From NCBI GenBank assembly GCA_051439505.1, contig JBFRWI010000217.1, positions 1 to 64,000 of the forward strand: a DNA stretch of 64,000 nucleotides, given 5' to 3'. This document shows, piece after piece, positions 32,142 through 41,910 of the stretch. Positions within the stretch are counted from its first letter, which is position 1; each line of letters opens with the position of its first letter. The DNA comes from Hormoscilla sp. Lineage in GTDB: Bacteria; Cyanobacteriota; Cyanobacteriia; Cyanobacteriales; Desertifilaceae. The notes under the pieces are model-generated. The model saw only the letters and a program-made list of their open reading frames with translations. It searched no databases and had not been told where the DNA came from. The position numbers were made by a program, and so were the translations under genes.

Positions 32142-32804
32142 ATGAATTATCGTCAAGTTATCGTTGAATTTGCTTCAGGAAAAAGTGTTTGGCGCTCGTT
32201 TATGAATGCAGAAGTGCAGTCAGGATTACAGTTGCGATCGCCTGTTTTGGATCTTGGTTCTGGAGAAATTGGATCTGCAAGCTACCACCGGCTCATTCCG
32301 GAATTTCACAAGTACAAAGTTGATTCGGTAGATATCAGTGCTGAAAAGAAGCCCACCAAAGTTGCAGATATCCAACAAGGTATTCCTTTTGACCTTTTTC
32401 ACCGCTGTCTTGCTTTTAACATTTTTGAACATATATATGACTTTGAGAAGGTATTCCAGGAAATTTTTCGAGTGCTAGCTCCCCAGGGTATACTATATAT
32501 AGCTGTACCGTTTTTGTTACGAGTACATGGCGATCCAAGTGATTACTTTCGTTACACAAAGTTTGCTTTAGAGAGTAGCTTGTCGAATGTAGGTTTCGTT
32601 GAAATTAAAGCTAAACCCTGTGGAGGTGGCGCAGTGACAGCAGCTTTGGCTCAAATTGATTTTCTGATTCCCACCCCATTTCGTAGTAGTGCTTTACAAA
32701 TTTCCCTAGCACTTGACAAACAGATAACAAAGCGATCTGGTGGGAGGTATCGCAATGCAAATGACTACCCGATTGGTTATTTAGTCAGTGCAATAAAACC
32801 ATAA
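32142..32804 (+). CDS. Class I SAM-dependent methyltransferase
   Basis: VLDLGSG, FEHIY, PFLLRVHGDPSDYFRYT. Confidence 0.85.
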   Translation: MNYRQVIVEFASGKSVWRSFMNAEVQSGLQLRSPVLDLGSGEIGSASYHRLIPEFHKYKVDSVDISAEKKPTKVADIQQGIPFDLFHRCLAFNIFEHIYDFEKVFQEIFRVLAPQGILYIAVPFLLRVHGDPSDYFRYTKFALESSLSNVGFVEIKAKPCGGGAVTAALAQIDFLIPTPFRSSALQISLALDKQITKRSGGRYRNANDYPIGYLVSAIKP

Positions 32805-32841
32805 AAATTGGATGTTTAGTGATGTATTTTTGGGAAGATTA

Positions 32842-33945
32842 ATGAACAGCAAGTATTCGATGGCTTTATTCCTCTTCTCACTGGCTCTAATTACCTGCGC
32901 GATCGTAGTAGCATGTAACTCGCCCACTCCTTCAGTGAAGCCGGCCCTGAACCAGAATGCCAAAATTATCGAGTGGGGTTGGGGGACGCCGACACCAACT
33001 TATGTCAGAGATCGCATCCAAGAGATGGAACGATTTCCCTTTGACGGTCTAGTTCTAGACTTAAAATCAAATAGCGGTCCCGATGACACCCGTGGTCGCT
33101 TTAGTTGGAATGTCTGGGGCGATCGCCTTTTGGATCTTGATGATTACTCAGAGTCCTTTGCCGCTTTACAGAATAGCAACTTTAGTAAGTTTACTGACAA
33201 CTTTTTAAGATTTAATGTGGTTCCAGGGCGGATAGACTGGTATGATGATAATTTAAAGTCAGTCATTGCTAATGCTCAACTGGCTGCCAAAATTGCCAAA
33301 TCAGGCAATTTAAGAGGAATTCTCTTAGATGTGGAACAATATCAAGGCAAGCCTTTCCATTATCCGGAGCAACCACAGCATCGGGATTATAGCTTCGCCG
33401 ACTATCAACAACAGGTAAGACAGCGGGGACGAGAGTTCATGCAGGCTATTAATGCTGTTTATCCTGATATCAACATCCTGCTGACCTTTGGATACCACAT
33501 TGCCTACTCTCGGGGCAAACCTCGAAAAACTGCTGCTTACGGTCTTTTGCCGTCGTTTTTGGATGGTATGCTAGAAGCCGCCGCCCCTCGTACCCTGATT
33601 TTTGATGGCTGGGAATTTGCTTATCCCTACAAGCAAGAGAAACAGTTCCGGGATGCCTATAACTTAATGCATAAACGCGGGTTAGAAAGAACCCAGGTGC
33701 AACAGGAATATATCGATCATTATCGCGCTAGTTTTGGTTTATGGTTGGATAATGGTCGGGTTTGGCAGCAAGATAATTTTACCAAAAACTATTTTACCCC
33801 CCAGCAGTTTGAAAATTCTGTGGGCTTGGCTCTCAAATATACCGATCGCTACGTCTGGATTTATTCGGAAAAAGCCCGCTGGTGGGACAATAGGGTGCCG
33901 CAACCCTATATCGATGCCTTAAGGAAAGCTCGCGATCGGGGTTGA
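32842..33945 (+). CDS. Lipoprotein, possible TIM-barrel glycoside hydrolase
   Basis: Lipobox-like VVAC; aromatic-rich; PFDG, GILLDVEQY, FDGWE. Function inferred from context only. Confidence 0.55.
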   Translation: MNSKYSMALFLFSLALITCAIVVACNSPTPSVKPALNQNAKIIEWGWGTPTPTYVRDRIQEMERFPFDGLVLDLKSNSGPDDTRGRFSWNVWGDRLLDLDDYSESFAALQNSNFSKFTDNFLRFNVVPGRIDWYDDNLKSVIANAQLAAKIAKSGNLRGILLDVEQYQGKPFHYPEQPQHRDYSFADYQQQVRQRGREFMQAINAVYPDINILLTFGYHIAYSRGKPRKTAAYGLLPSFLDGMLEAAAPRTLIFDGWEFAYPYKQEKQFRDAYNLMHKRGLERTQVQQEYIDHYRASFGLWLDNGRVWQQDNFTKNYFTPQQFENSVGLALKYTDRYVWIYSEKARWWDNRVPQPYIDALRKARDRG

Positions 33946-33971
33946 CAAGTTGGTGCGTCCCCGGATATGCT
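33942..33971 (+). promoter_or_regulatory. Sigma70-type promoter of the MNT-HEPN pair
   Basis: TTGACA-N18-TATGCT, ending 26 nt before the ATG. Confidence 0.5.
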
Positions 33972-33997
33972 GGAACTGAATATGCCATACTTAAAAC

Positions 33998-34366
33998 ATG
34001 GAAATTCAACAGAAACATATCGACTACTGGCGTCGCCGTCAGAGGCAACAGCAGGCACAAAGTCAGCAAATGGCACGGCAAGCACGGGCGGCTGTAGAAG
34101 CGATCGTCCAAGTCTTAGTCAGTGAGTTTGGGGCCCAGCAAATTATCCTGTTTGGGTCCTTAGTGCGGGGAGGTTTTGCACTGGGGTCGGATATCGATCT
34201 GGCAGTCGCTGGCATCCGCAAGGATGACTATTTTGCTGCTTTGGCAGCGGCGAATCGCCTGACGCCGCTATGGGTGGATTTGAAACCCTTGGAAGATCTG
34301 GATCCTCACTTTCGCCAGCGCGTACTCGAAACAGGAGAATTTATCTATGAAGCAGATGTCGGCTAG
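33998..34366 (+). CDS. Minimal nucleotidyltransferase (MNT) antitoxin
   Basis: LFGSLVRG...SDIDLAV. Confidence 0.9.
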   Translation: MEIQQKHIDYWRRRQRQQQAQSQQMARQARAAVEAIVQVLVSEFGAQQIILFGSLVRGGFALGSDIDLAVAGIRKDDYFAALAAANRLTPLWVDLKPLEDLDPHFRQRVLETGEFIYEADVG

Positions 34367-34856
34367 CGAAATTCGCGAACTCGCTCGGGATATTGAAATG
34401 GAATTGCAACGCTTGCAGCGTTTGCAGCATTCTATTGAGGAAGTGCAATTTATAATTGAGCGAGAACCGGATCGCGCTCACCTCTTTTACGAGAACCTCG
34501 CCTTAAAACTGCATAACTTTTACACGGGCTGCGAACGGATTTTTCAGACGATCGCTTCCGAGTTGAATGGTGCCTTACCGTCGGGTTACGATTGGCACAA
34601 GCGGCTGCTGGAGCGGATGAGCGGGGAACGGGAGGGTCGTCCGGCAGTCCTGACAACAGAAACCGCACGCCGTCTGCAAGAGTACCTAGGTTTTCGACAT
34701 GTAGTGCGAAATATCTATGGCTTTGAATTAGATCCACAACGGGTGGCACAGCTTGTTGCGGGCTATCCCCCAGTATGGCATCAGCTGGAAACTGAAGTGA
34801 GAGCATTTATGGATTGGCTGATGGCCTTGGCAGAGCAACTGGAAGCTGGCGGTTAA
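34347..34856 (+). CDS. HEPN (HepT-like) RNase toxin
   Basis: LHNFYTGCERIF, WHKRLL, FRHVVRNIY; overlaps the MNT gene. Confidence 0.85.
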   Translation: MKQMSASEIRELARDIEMELQRLQRLQHSIEEVQFIIEREPDRAHLFYENLALKLHNFYTGCERIFQTIASELNGALPSGYDWHKRLLERMSGEREGRPAVLTTETARRLQEYLGFRHVVRNIYGFELDPQRVAQLVAGYPPVWHQLETEVRAFMDWLMALAEQLEAGG

Positions 34857-34936
34857 AAAGGATTTAATTTTCGTCCCGATCGCGAGTAGAGATTCCGAAA
34901 ACAGGAGTAGCGGACTAAATTAATGGTGACGAAACT

Positions 34937-36148
34937 GTGGATCTCTCCTCAAAGCGAAACCCCATCCGGGTCATGCGGATCGTAGCCCGCCTGAATCTAG
35001 GCGGTCCCGCTACTCACGTTACCTTACTCAATGAAGGTTTAACTCATCTGGGTATGAAGTGCCTGTTAGTAACTGGCATGGAAGGTGCGCGGGAAGGCAG
35101 CATGAAAGATATGGTGACAGCGCGTCAGCTATCGATGGAAATCATTCCCGAACTGGGACGAGAAATTAACCCGCGCTACGACCTGGTGACTCTGTTCAAA
35201 CTCTATCGCTTGATGCGGCGCTGGCAGCCGGATATCGTTCATACCCACACGGCGAAGGCGGGTTTTGTGGGACGAGTGGCGGCGCGTTTGGCAGGGGTGC
35301 CACTCGTGCTGCATACCTTTCACGGACATGTTTTTCACGGTTATTTTGGTGCGGCTAAAACCAGACTGTTTATCGAGTTGGAAAAGTTTTGCGCCCGGAT
35401 GAGCGATCGCCTCATAACCATCAGCCCCCACCTGCGCGAGGAAATTGCCAGTTACGGCATCGCCGATGCTGGCCAGATAGAGGTGATACCTTTAGGTTTT
35501 GAACTCCAAGCAATGAAATTACTCCCTCCAAAAGGTAAGTTTCTCCATCAGTTGGGCTTGAGGTCCGATGAAAAATTAATTGCTGCGGTCGGGCGTCTAG
35601 TTCCCATCAAAAATATACATCTTTTTCTGGATGCTGCCGCGATCGCCCATCAACAAAATCCGCAAATTCGCTTTGCCCTCATCGGCGATGGCGAACTGCG
35701 CCAGGAACTGGAAGCCTACGCCCAGAAATTAGCCATTGAGGATGTCGTCATCTTTACGGGATGGCGTCGCGACTTGCCGCAAATTTATGCCGACTTAGAT
35801 GGGGTGGTTATTTCCTCAAATAATGAAGGTACGCCAGCATCTTTAATTGAGGCAATGGCTGCCGGTTGTCCCGTAATTTCCACCCGCGTTGGCGGCGTCC
35901 CGGATATTATTACCGATGGCCAAACAGGTCGGATCGTACCGCCTCAAGATGCTGAGGCTTTAGCAAAGGCAATGCTGAGTATTTTTCAGTCTCCAGCAGA
36001 TACGCGGCAGATGGCCGATCGGGCCCGAGAATTTGCTCTGAACAAATTCAATTCTCAGCGTCTGATTAGCGATATTGACAATCTCTACAACCATTTATTT
36101 GTCAATAAAGTAAATCAAAATCGAGTTATCTTGCGAAACATGAATTAG
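34937..36148 (+). CDS. Glycosyltransferase family 4
   Basis: ARLNLGGPA, HTHTAKAG, NEGTPASLIEAM. Confidence 0.92.
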   Translation: MDLSSKRNPIRVMRIVARLNLGGPATHVTLLNEGLTHLGMKCLLVTGMEGAREGSMKDMVTARQLSMEIIPELGREINPRYDLVTLFKLYRLMRRWQPDIVHTHTAKAGFVGRVAARLAGVPLVLHTFHGHVFHGYFGAAKTRLFIELEKFCARMSDRLITISPHLREEIASYGIADAGQIEVIPLGFELQAMKLLPPKGKFLHQLGLRSDEKLIAAVGRLVPIKNIHLFLDAAAIAHQQNPQIRFALIGDGELRQELEAYAQKLAIEDVVIFTGWRRDLPQIYADLDGVVISSNNEGTPASLIEAMAAGCPVISTRVGGVPDIITDGQTGRIVPPQDAEALAKAMLSIFQSPADTRQMADRAREFALNKFNSQRLISDIDNLYNHLFVNKVNQNRVILRNMN

Positions 36149-36191
36149 CAATCTTGAAGCTCAATATAGATTGTTAAGCATTCAAAAAACC

Positions 36192-37283
36192 ATGAATATA
36201 TGCTACCTGCTAATTGCTACTTTGGCAATCTCTGCCTTAATAGCAATGGGTGGGACTTATCTGGCGCGATCGGCTGCTAATAACCTCCACTGGTTGGATA
36301 AGCCAAGTCCGCGCAAGTCCCATGCTAAATCGATTCCCTTATTGGGAGGACTTGCTATCTACGGCTCATTCCTAGCCAGCTTACTCATCTTCTATCGCCC
36401 CTGGCTTTTGTCCGAGGGACTTTCTCTGATTATCGGTGCCACATTAATTGCCGGAGTGGGGTTGTACGATGATTTACAAGGACTCAATCCTTTGCCGAAA
36501 TTATTAGGACAAATTGTAGCCGCGTTCGCCATCATTCTATCCGGGTTGATGGTGGATATATCGGGAATTTACTGGCTGGATATTGCCATCACCATGTTTT
36601 GGATAGTGGGGATCTGCAATGCCATGAATCTGCTGGATAATATGGATGGAGTTTCGGCGGGGGTGGCGGCGATCGCCTGTCTGTTTTTCGGGGCGATCGG
36701 CCTGCACCAAGGACAAATTGGAGTAGCAATAGTTTCAGCAGCCCTATCAGGCGCAACCCTGGGATTTTTGCGATTTAACTGGCATCCGGCTACCATATTT
36801 ATGGGAGACGCGGGCAGTCTGCTATTGGGTTTTATCCTGGCAGCATTGGGGCTAATGGTTGGCTTTCCAACTAACCTCGAACATAGCGCTATAATGCCCA
36901 TCTTCATTCTCGCTATCCCCATCTTCGACACCACCCTGGTAACCATTTCCCGTCTGCGTCGAGGACTGCGAATTACTGATGGAGGCAAAGATCACACCTC
37001 CCATCGCCTAGTCAAGTTGGGGCTTTCCATCCGTAAGACGGCGGCGACAATTTACCTGGCAGCCCTCCTTTGTGGGGCAGGATCCTTACTCGCTACATTG
37101 CTGCCCTTTGCCGGGATAAAATATGCGATCGGGGCGATAATTACTTTATCTGCGATCCTCGGTCTGTTCCTCTTAGAAAAGGTTGACCTTTCTAACACCG
37201 GACAAACAGGTTGTGGAACAGCATCCATCGCCCACCACAGACAAGCCGTAGGGTGGGCACCGCCCACCACAGACAATATTTAG
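36192..37283 (+). CDS. WecA/MraY-family undecaprenyl-phosphate HexNAc-1-phosphate transferase
   Basis: GLYDD, NAMNLLDNMDG, IFMGDAGS, KDHTSHRL. Confidence 0.9.
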   Translation: MNICYLLIATLAISALIAMGGTYLARSAANNLHWLDKPSPRKSHAKSIPLLGGLAIYGSFLASLLIFYRPWLLSEGLSLIIGATLIAGVGLYDDLQGLNPLPKLLGQIVAAFAIILSGLMVDISGIYWLDIAITMFWIVGICNAMNLLDNMDGVSAGVAAIACLFFGAIGLHQGQIGVAIVSAALSGATLGFLRFNWHPATIFMGDAGSLLLGFILAALGLMVGFPTNLEHSAIMPIFILAIPIFDTTLVTISRLRRGLRITDGGKDHTSHRLVKLGLSIRKTAATIYLAALLCGAGSLLATLLPFAGIKYAIGAIITLSAILGLFLLEKVDLSNTGQTGCGTASIAHHRQAVGWAPPTTDNI

Positions 37284-37334
37284 CAAGCACAATTTGGGCG
37301 CATCTGCCCTATCTACCAAAGAGAGATAATTCCC

Positions 37335-38618
37335 ATGACAGAAAAAAATGCAGTCATTGGACTAGGTTATGTGGGTCTCCCCTTAGCATTAGCCCTTGCG
37401 AAAAAGTTTCCCGATACAATTGGCTTTGACATCAATACTCGCAAGGTAGAAGCGCTGCAACAGGCTATTGATACTACGGGGGAAGTTACAACTGCAGACT
37501 TAAAAACCTCAACCCTGAAAATTACCAGCGACCCCAGATACCTCAAATCAGCCAACTTTTTTATTGTCGCTGTCCCCACCCCGATCGACTCCCATCATTC
37601 TCCGAATCTTCAGCCACTCCTTTCTGCTTCCCAGATCGTCGGTGAAGTTCTTCAACCTGGTTCTGTGGTAGTCTATGAATCTACCGTATATCCGGGTGTC
37701 ACCGAGGAAATATGCGGTCCCATCTTAGCGGAAAGATCGGGTTTACAGCAGTCTAGAGATTTCAAATTAGGCTATTCACCAGAACGGATAAATCCCGGGG
37801 ATAAAGAACATACCCTGGAAAAAATAGTCAAAGTTGTCTCCGCAGAAGATCCAGAAACCACCGATCGGGTTGCCAATGTCTACGCCGCTATTATTGACGC
37901 GGGGATCTACTGCGCCCCCTCCATTCAAGTGGCGGAAGCTGCTAAAGTAATCGAAAATATTCAGCGGGATTTGAATATTGCCCTAATGAATGAACTGGCT
38001 TTGATTTTCGATCGCCTCAACATCCGGACTGCCGATGTCTTAGCCGCCGCGCGCACCAAGTGGAATTTCTTGCCCTTTCAACCGGGACTGGTGGGCGGTC
38101 ATTGCATAGGCGTTGACCCCTATTATCTCACGGCTAAGGCAGAGGAAATTGGTTATAATCCCCAAGTGATTCTGGCAGGACGCCATATTAATGACGGCAT
38201 GGGGGCTTTTTTGGGCGATCGGCTGATCAAGCTGATAACTACCCATAGAGATGTTTCCATTAAAAAAGCCCGGGTAGGAATTTTGGGTATCGCATTTAAG
38301 GAAAATGTTCCAGATACCCGTAACAGCCGCGTGCCGGATATTGTCAAGGCCCTGCAAGAGTTCGGCATTACCCCCTTAGTTCACGACCCCTTGGCTAATG
38401 CCGAAGAAGTCAAGCATCAATATGGAATAGTGTTAACTAATTGGCAGCAATTCTGTGATTTAGATGCTATGGTATTGGCTGTGAAGCATCGCCACTATCT
38501 AGAAATGCCACCTGAAAATTTGCTCAGATGTCTGCATCCCGAGGGTATTTTCATGGATGTAAAATCTGCCTTTAACCCGGATACCATTCCTCCTGAAATC
38601 ACTTACTGGAGTCTTTAG
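37335..38618 (+). CDS. UDP-N-acetylhexosamine 6-dehydrogenase (TviB/WbpO-like)
   Basis: GLGYVGLP, YESTVYPG, SPERINPGD, GGHCIGVDPYY. Confidence 0.9.
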   Translation: MTEKNAVIGLGYVGLPLALALAKKFPDTIGFDINTRKVEALQQAIDTTGEVTTADLKTSTLKITSDPRYLKSANFFIVAVPTPIDSHHSPNLQPLLSASQIVGEVLQPGSVVVYESTVYPGVTEEICGPILAERSGLQQSRDFKLGYSPERINPGDKEHTLEKIVKVVSAEDPETTDRVANVYAAIIDAGIYCAPSIQVAEAAKVIENIQRDLNIALMNELALIFDRLNIRTADVLAAARTKWNFLPFQPGLVGGHCIGVDPYYLTAKAEEIGYNPQVILAGRHINDGMGAFLGDRLIKLITTHRDVSIKKARVGILGIAFKENVPDTRNSRVPDIVKALQEFGITPLVHDPLANAEEVKHQYGIVLTNWQQFCDLDAMVLAVKHRHYLEMPPENLLRCLHPEGIFMDVKSAFNPDTIPPEITYWSL

Positions 38619-38622
38619 CTTT

Positions 38623-38872
38623 CGTAGGGTGGGCACCGCCCACCAGCATTTCGTAGGCACCGCCCACCACGGAAGCGCTAAAGCGCTTACTACGAACTGT
38701 AGGGTGGGCACCGCCCACCACGGAAGCGCTAAAGCGCTTACTACGAACTATCAAGTATAATATAGGTGGTGGGCATTGCCCACCCTACAGTTCATGTTAA
38801 ATTGGGCAATGCCTACAGCTTTCAGGTATAATATAGGTGGTGGGCAATGCCCACCCTACAGTTCATGTTAAA
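38623..38872. repeat. Mosaic cluster of GTAGGGTGGGCANYGCCCACC REP-like palindromes with two internal direct duplications
   Basis: About 43-bp duplication (38656/38707) and about 46-bp duplication (38756/38827); single copies near 16858 and 37247. Confidence 0.85.
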
Positions 38873-38884
38873 GTTAGAGCGAGA

Positions 38885-39889
38885 ATGGGAAGTATATTAG
38901 TCACTGGAGCCGCTGGTTTTATTGGTTTCCACCTCTGTCAACATCTCCTGACCAGGGGGGAATCTGTTATTGGCATTGATAATCTCAACGACTATTACGA
39001 CGTTAGCTTAAAACAGGATCGGTTAAAACAGCTGCAACAACACCAGCAGTTTCAGTTCGCTAAGCTGGATCTAGCCGATCGCCAGGCCATCCCGGAATTG
39101 TTCGATCGCCATCAACCAGAGAAAGTGGCTCATTTAGGAGCCCAAGCAGGGGTGCGCTATTCTCTGCAAAATCCCCACCTTTATGTAGATAGCAACTTGG
39201 TAGGATTTACGAATATTCTGGAAGGATGTCGTCATGGGGGAGTCAAGCATCTGGTATTTGCTTCCTCTAGTTCTGTTTATGGCGCGAATAGCAAAACACC
39301 TTTTTCCGTCCGCGATAATGTCGATCGCCCGCTGAGTCTGTATGCAGCAACGAAAAAGGCCAACGAACTGATGGCCCACACCTACAGCCATCTCTATAAT
39401 ATACCGACCACGGGTTTGCGTTTCTTCACGGTTTACGGACCTTGGGGACGCCCGGACATGGCCTTATTTTTGTTCACCAAAGCCATTCTCGCTGGAGAAC
39501 CCATTAACGTGTTTAACCAGGGCAAGATGCAACGGGACTTTACCTACATTGATGATATCATTACGGGAGTAGTGCGCGTACTAGACAAGATTCCCGAACC
39601 GGATCCTAACTGGACTGACTCGGACCCGGGAAGCAGTCACGCCCCTTATAAACTGTACAATATTGGCAACAATCAGCCCGTGGAATTGCTCAGGTTTATT
39701 GAAGTCCTAGAAGCATGTCTGGGGATGAAGGCGCAGAAGAATATGCTGCCGATGCAGCCTGGAGATGTTCCCATCACTTACGCGGATATCGAGGATTTGG
39801 AAAAGGCCGTGGGTTTTCGACCCAGCACTCCCATTGAGGTAGGAGTTGAGCGTTTTGTTGCTTGGTATCGCGACTATTTCCAAGTTTAA
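38885..39889 (+). CDS. UDP-glucuronate 4-epimerase family SDR
   Basis: TGAAGFIG, AQAGVRYS, YAATKK, FFTVYGPWGRPDMA. Confidence 0.92.
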   Translation: MGSILVTGAAGFIGFHLCQHLLTRGESVIGIDNLNDYYDVSLKQDRLKQLQQHQQFQFAKLDLADRQAIPELFDRHQPEKVAHLGAQAGVRYSLQNPHLYVDSNLVGFTNILEGCRHGGVKHLVFASSSSVYGANSKTPFSVRDNVDRPLSLYAATKKANELMAHTYSHLYNIPTTGLRFFTVYGPWGRPDMALFLFTKAILAGEPINVFNQGKMQRDFTYIDDIITGVVRVLDKIPEPDPNWTDSDPGSSHAPYKLYNIGNNQPVELLRFIEVLEACLGMKAQKNMLPMQPGDVPITYADIEDLEKAVGFRPSTPIEVGVERFVAWYRDYFQV

Positions 39890-39920
39890 GTGCGTGACAC
39901 AGATTTCCTCACTTCGCTGG

Positions 39921-39954
39921 TAGCCCGCCGTGGGTTTGAACCCACGGCGGGCTA
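39921..39954. terminator. 16-bp-stem palindrome between convergent genes (REP-like or bidirectional terminator)
   Basis: TAGCCCGCCGTGGGTT-TG-AACCCACGGCGGGCTA; related copy near 56050-56075. Confidence 0.65.
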
Positions 39955-40019
39955 GGAGGCTAATCGACCAATATAATAATGCTTAAAAATAGAATAAAAC
40001 ATATTTATATATCGCGCAA

Positions 40020-40634
40020 CTATTCTCCAGTTAAAATAGCAACCAATATGCGCATCAACTCTTCCAAGTCTGCGGGAACGCGATATAAGTTAAAGTCTTG
40101 AGTAATTTGCTTTTCCAGACGTGACAGCACCGAAAACTGCCAAATTTTTCCAATGGAAACTGCTCCATACAACTGATTTTCCCCTGCTTCTGCCATGGCG
40201 CGATCGACTGCAATTAATTCCACTGCCAACTGCTTAAAGCCCCGTTCTATGTTTTCATCTTTGGCTTCAATTACCAATAAATTATTTCCGGATTGCAAAA
40301 AGTAATCCAGAGAACCTTTCAGTTGCGGTTCGACTTCCAGGGGATAGGAAACTTTTAGTTTCGCTTCTGTATAATCTATCAAGTCCATTAATACAGGCGC
40401 AATCAAAAACTCCCGTCTCGCCATCTCGTTATCGATCGCGATATAAGGAAGGCTTCTTCTCAGTCGCCGATCCAGAGATGACAAACCTTCAAGTTGTTGT
40501 TGAGATTGCGGCAAAACTAGCTCTTTCGAGGCAAATCCATAACCGAAATATTCTAAGATATCCTCTGGATAGTAGTTACATTGGAAATAATCGGAAAAAT
40601 TACATGATTCGGGAAGTTCTATCTTTTTCCTCAT
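40020..40634 (-). CDS. Hypothetical protein with PD-(D/E)XK-like motif
   Basis: GSLDY...LLVIEAK...FKQL. Confidence 0.65.
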   Translation of the reverse strand: MRKKIELPESCNFSDYFQCNYYPEDILEYFGYGFASKELVLPQSQQQLEGLSSLDRRLRRSLPYIAIDNEMARREFLIAPVLMDLIDYTEAKLKVSYPLEVEPQLKGSLDYFLQSGNNLLVIEAKDENIERGFKQLAVELIAVDRAMAEAGENQLYGAVSIGKIWQFSVLSRLEKQITQDFNLYRVPADLEELMRILVAILTGE

Positions 40635-40650
40635 GGTCCCACCTCACTAC

Positions 40651-41559
40651 TTAGTTGAAGAGAATGAAAATACCGGCGATCGCCACCATAACTCCTGCCA
40701 AAGCTCTCTTGCTCACTCTCTCGCCCATGCAGATGACAATGGGCAATACGAAAAGAGGGCTAGTTGCCAGCAGTGCTTGGGCAATGCCTGCTGCTGTATA
40801 CTTAAACGCGGTTTGTTGCAACCAAATGCCGAGAAATGTACCGGCAAAAGCTGTTAAAATGATAATCCCTATTAACCGCTTGTCACTGAGGAATTTTAGC
40901 CAGTCTTTACCCTGGCGTTGACTGGGCAATATCAGCAAAATTACTATGGTTCCAGCTAAGAGCCGAAATAAGGTACTCCACAAGGGACTAATATCACTCT
41001 GAGATAAGGCCGATCGCGATAGCACCGCTCCACTAGCCTGTCCCAAAGCTGCTAACAAAGCAAAAATCGTGCCCCGTAGAGGATGTTGGCGCTGTTTTCC
41101 CGTTACCTCGGGGACTCTTTCACTTATTACCCAGCTGACGCCAACAACAGTTATAAAAATACCCGACCAGTTGCCAATTGATAACTGTTCTTGGAGGAAA
41201 ATTAAGGCAAAAACTGCTGTTAGAGGGGGCGCTAACGCTTCAATTAGCAGCGCCCGTCTGGCTCCCAAATGATTTAATGCTTCAAAGAAAAAGCTGTCTC
41301 CTAAACCAATGCCCACCACGCCACTGAGCGTCAACAACCCGATCGCCCTCGGGGTTGCTGATGGCGCGAAGTCTCCTTGCAGGATCAGGGCGAACAGAAT
41401 GAAGGCGATCCCGATCGCCCCTTTGCTGAGATTGAGTAATAGCGGTGGGATAGAGCGACCCAGATAAGTATAGACTACAGAAGCAGTGGCCCATAAACAA
41501 GCCCCGCTGAGTGCCGCCAGTTCCCCTCGATAATTCTCGATCCAGAAATCAAATAACAT
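40651..41559 (-). CDS. EamA/DMT family transporter
   Basis: About 10 TM segments in two repeated halves, FLQEQL and GERVS motifs. Confidence 0.88.
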   Translation of the reverse strand: MLFDFWIENYRGELAALSGACLWATASVVYTYLGRSIPPLLLNLSKGAIGIAFILFALILQGDFAPSATPRAIGLLTLSGVVGIGLGDSFFFEALNHLGARRALLIEALAPPLTAVFALIFLQEQLSIGNWSGIFITVVGVSWVISERVPEVTGKQRQHPLRGTIFALLAALGQASGAVLSRSALSQSDISPLWSTLFRLLAGTIVILLILPSQRQGKDWLKFLSDKRLIGIIILTAFAGTFLGIWLQQTAFKYTAAGIAQALLATSPLFVLPIVICMGERVSKRALAGVMVAIAGIFILFN

Positions 41560-41910
41560 CTGTTGTCAATTGTGAATTGTCAATTGTGAATTGTCAATTG
41601 ATTATAGATAAATATTAATCTTAACTATCAACTAAGAAAATTTATCGGGTCTGCAATGACTCCCATCCGGCTATTGGCTATTTAACCGGTTCTGAAGGGT
41701 AAGTCTGACCGGTGGTGACGATCGCTCCCGGTTACAGGGTGACAGGGAGTCTGGGAGTCGTCTCGGTCGTAACATTGTGTTATATATCTTAACAATACTT
41801 AATGTCGCAAGGGTAAACGTTCGGTTATATTTAGTAGTTGAGAAAGAACGAGAAAATTTTTCCTCGGTGCGATCGCCCCTTGTGGCGCGATCGCCCCTTC
41901 ATTCTTCAGA

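Noticed and set aside
41660..41720. TPP riboswitch (ACCCTTCAGAACC on the minus strand)
   Set aside because: The CTGAGA motif and the rest of the consensus are missing
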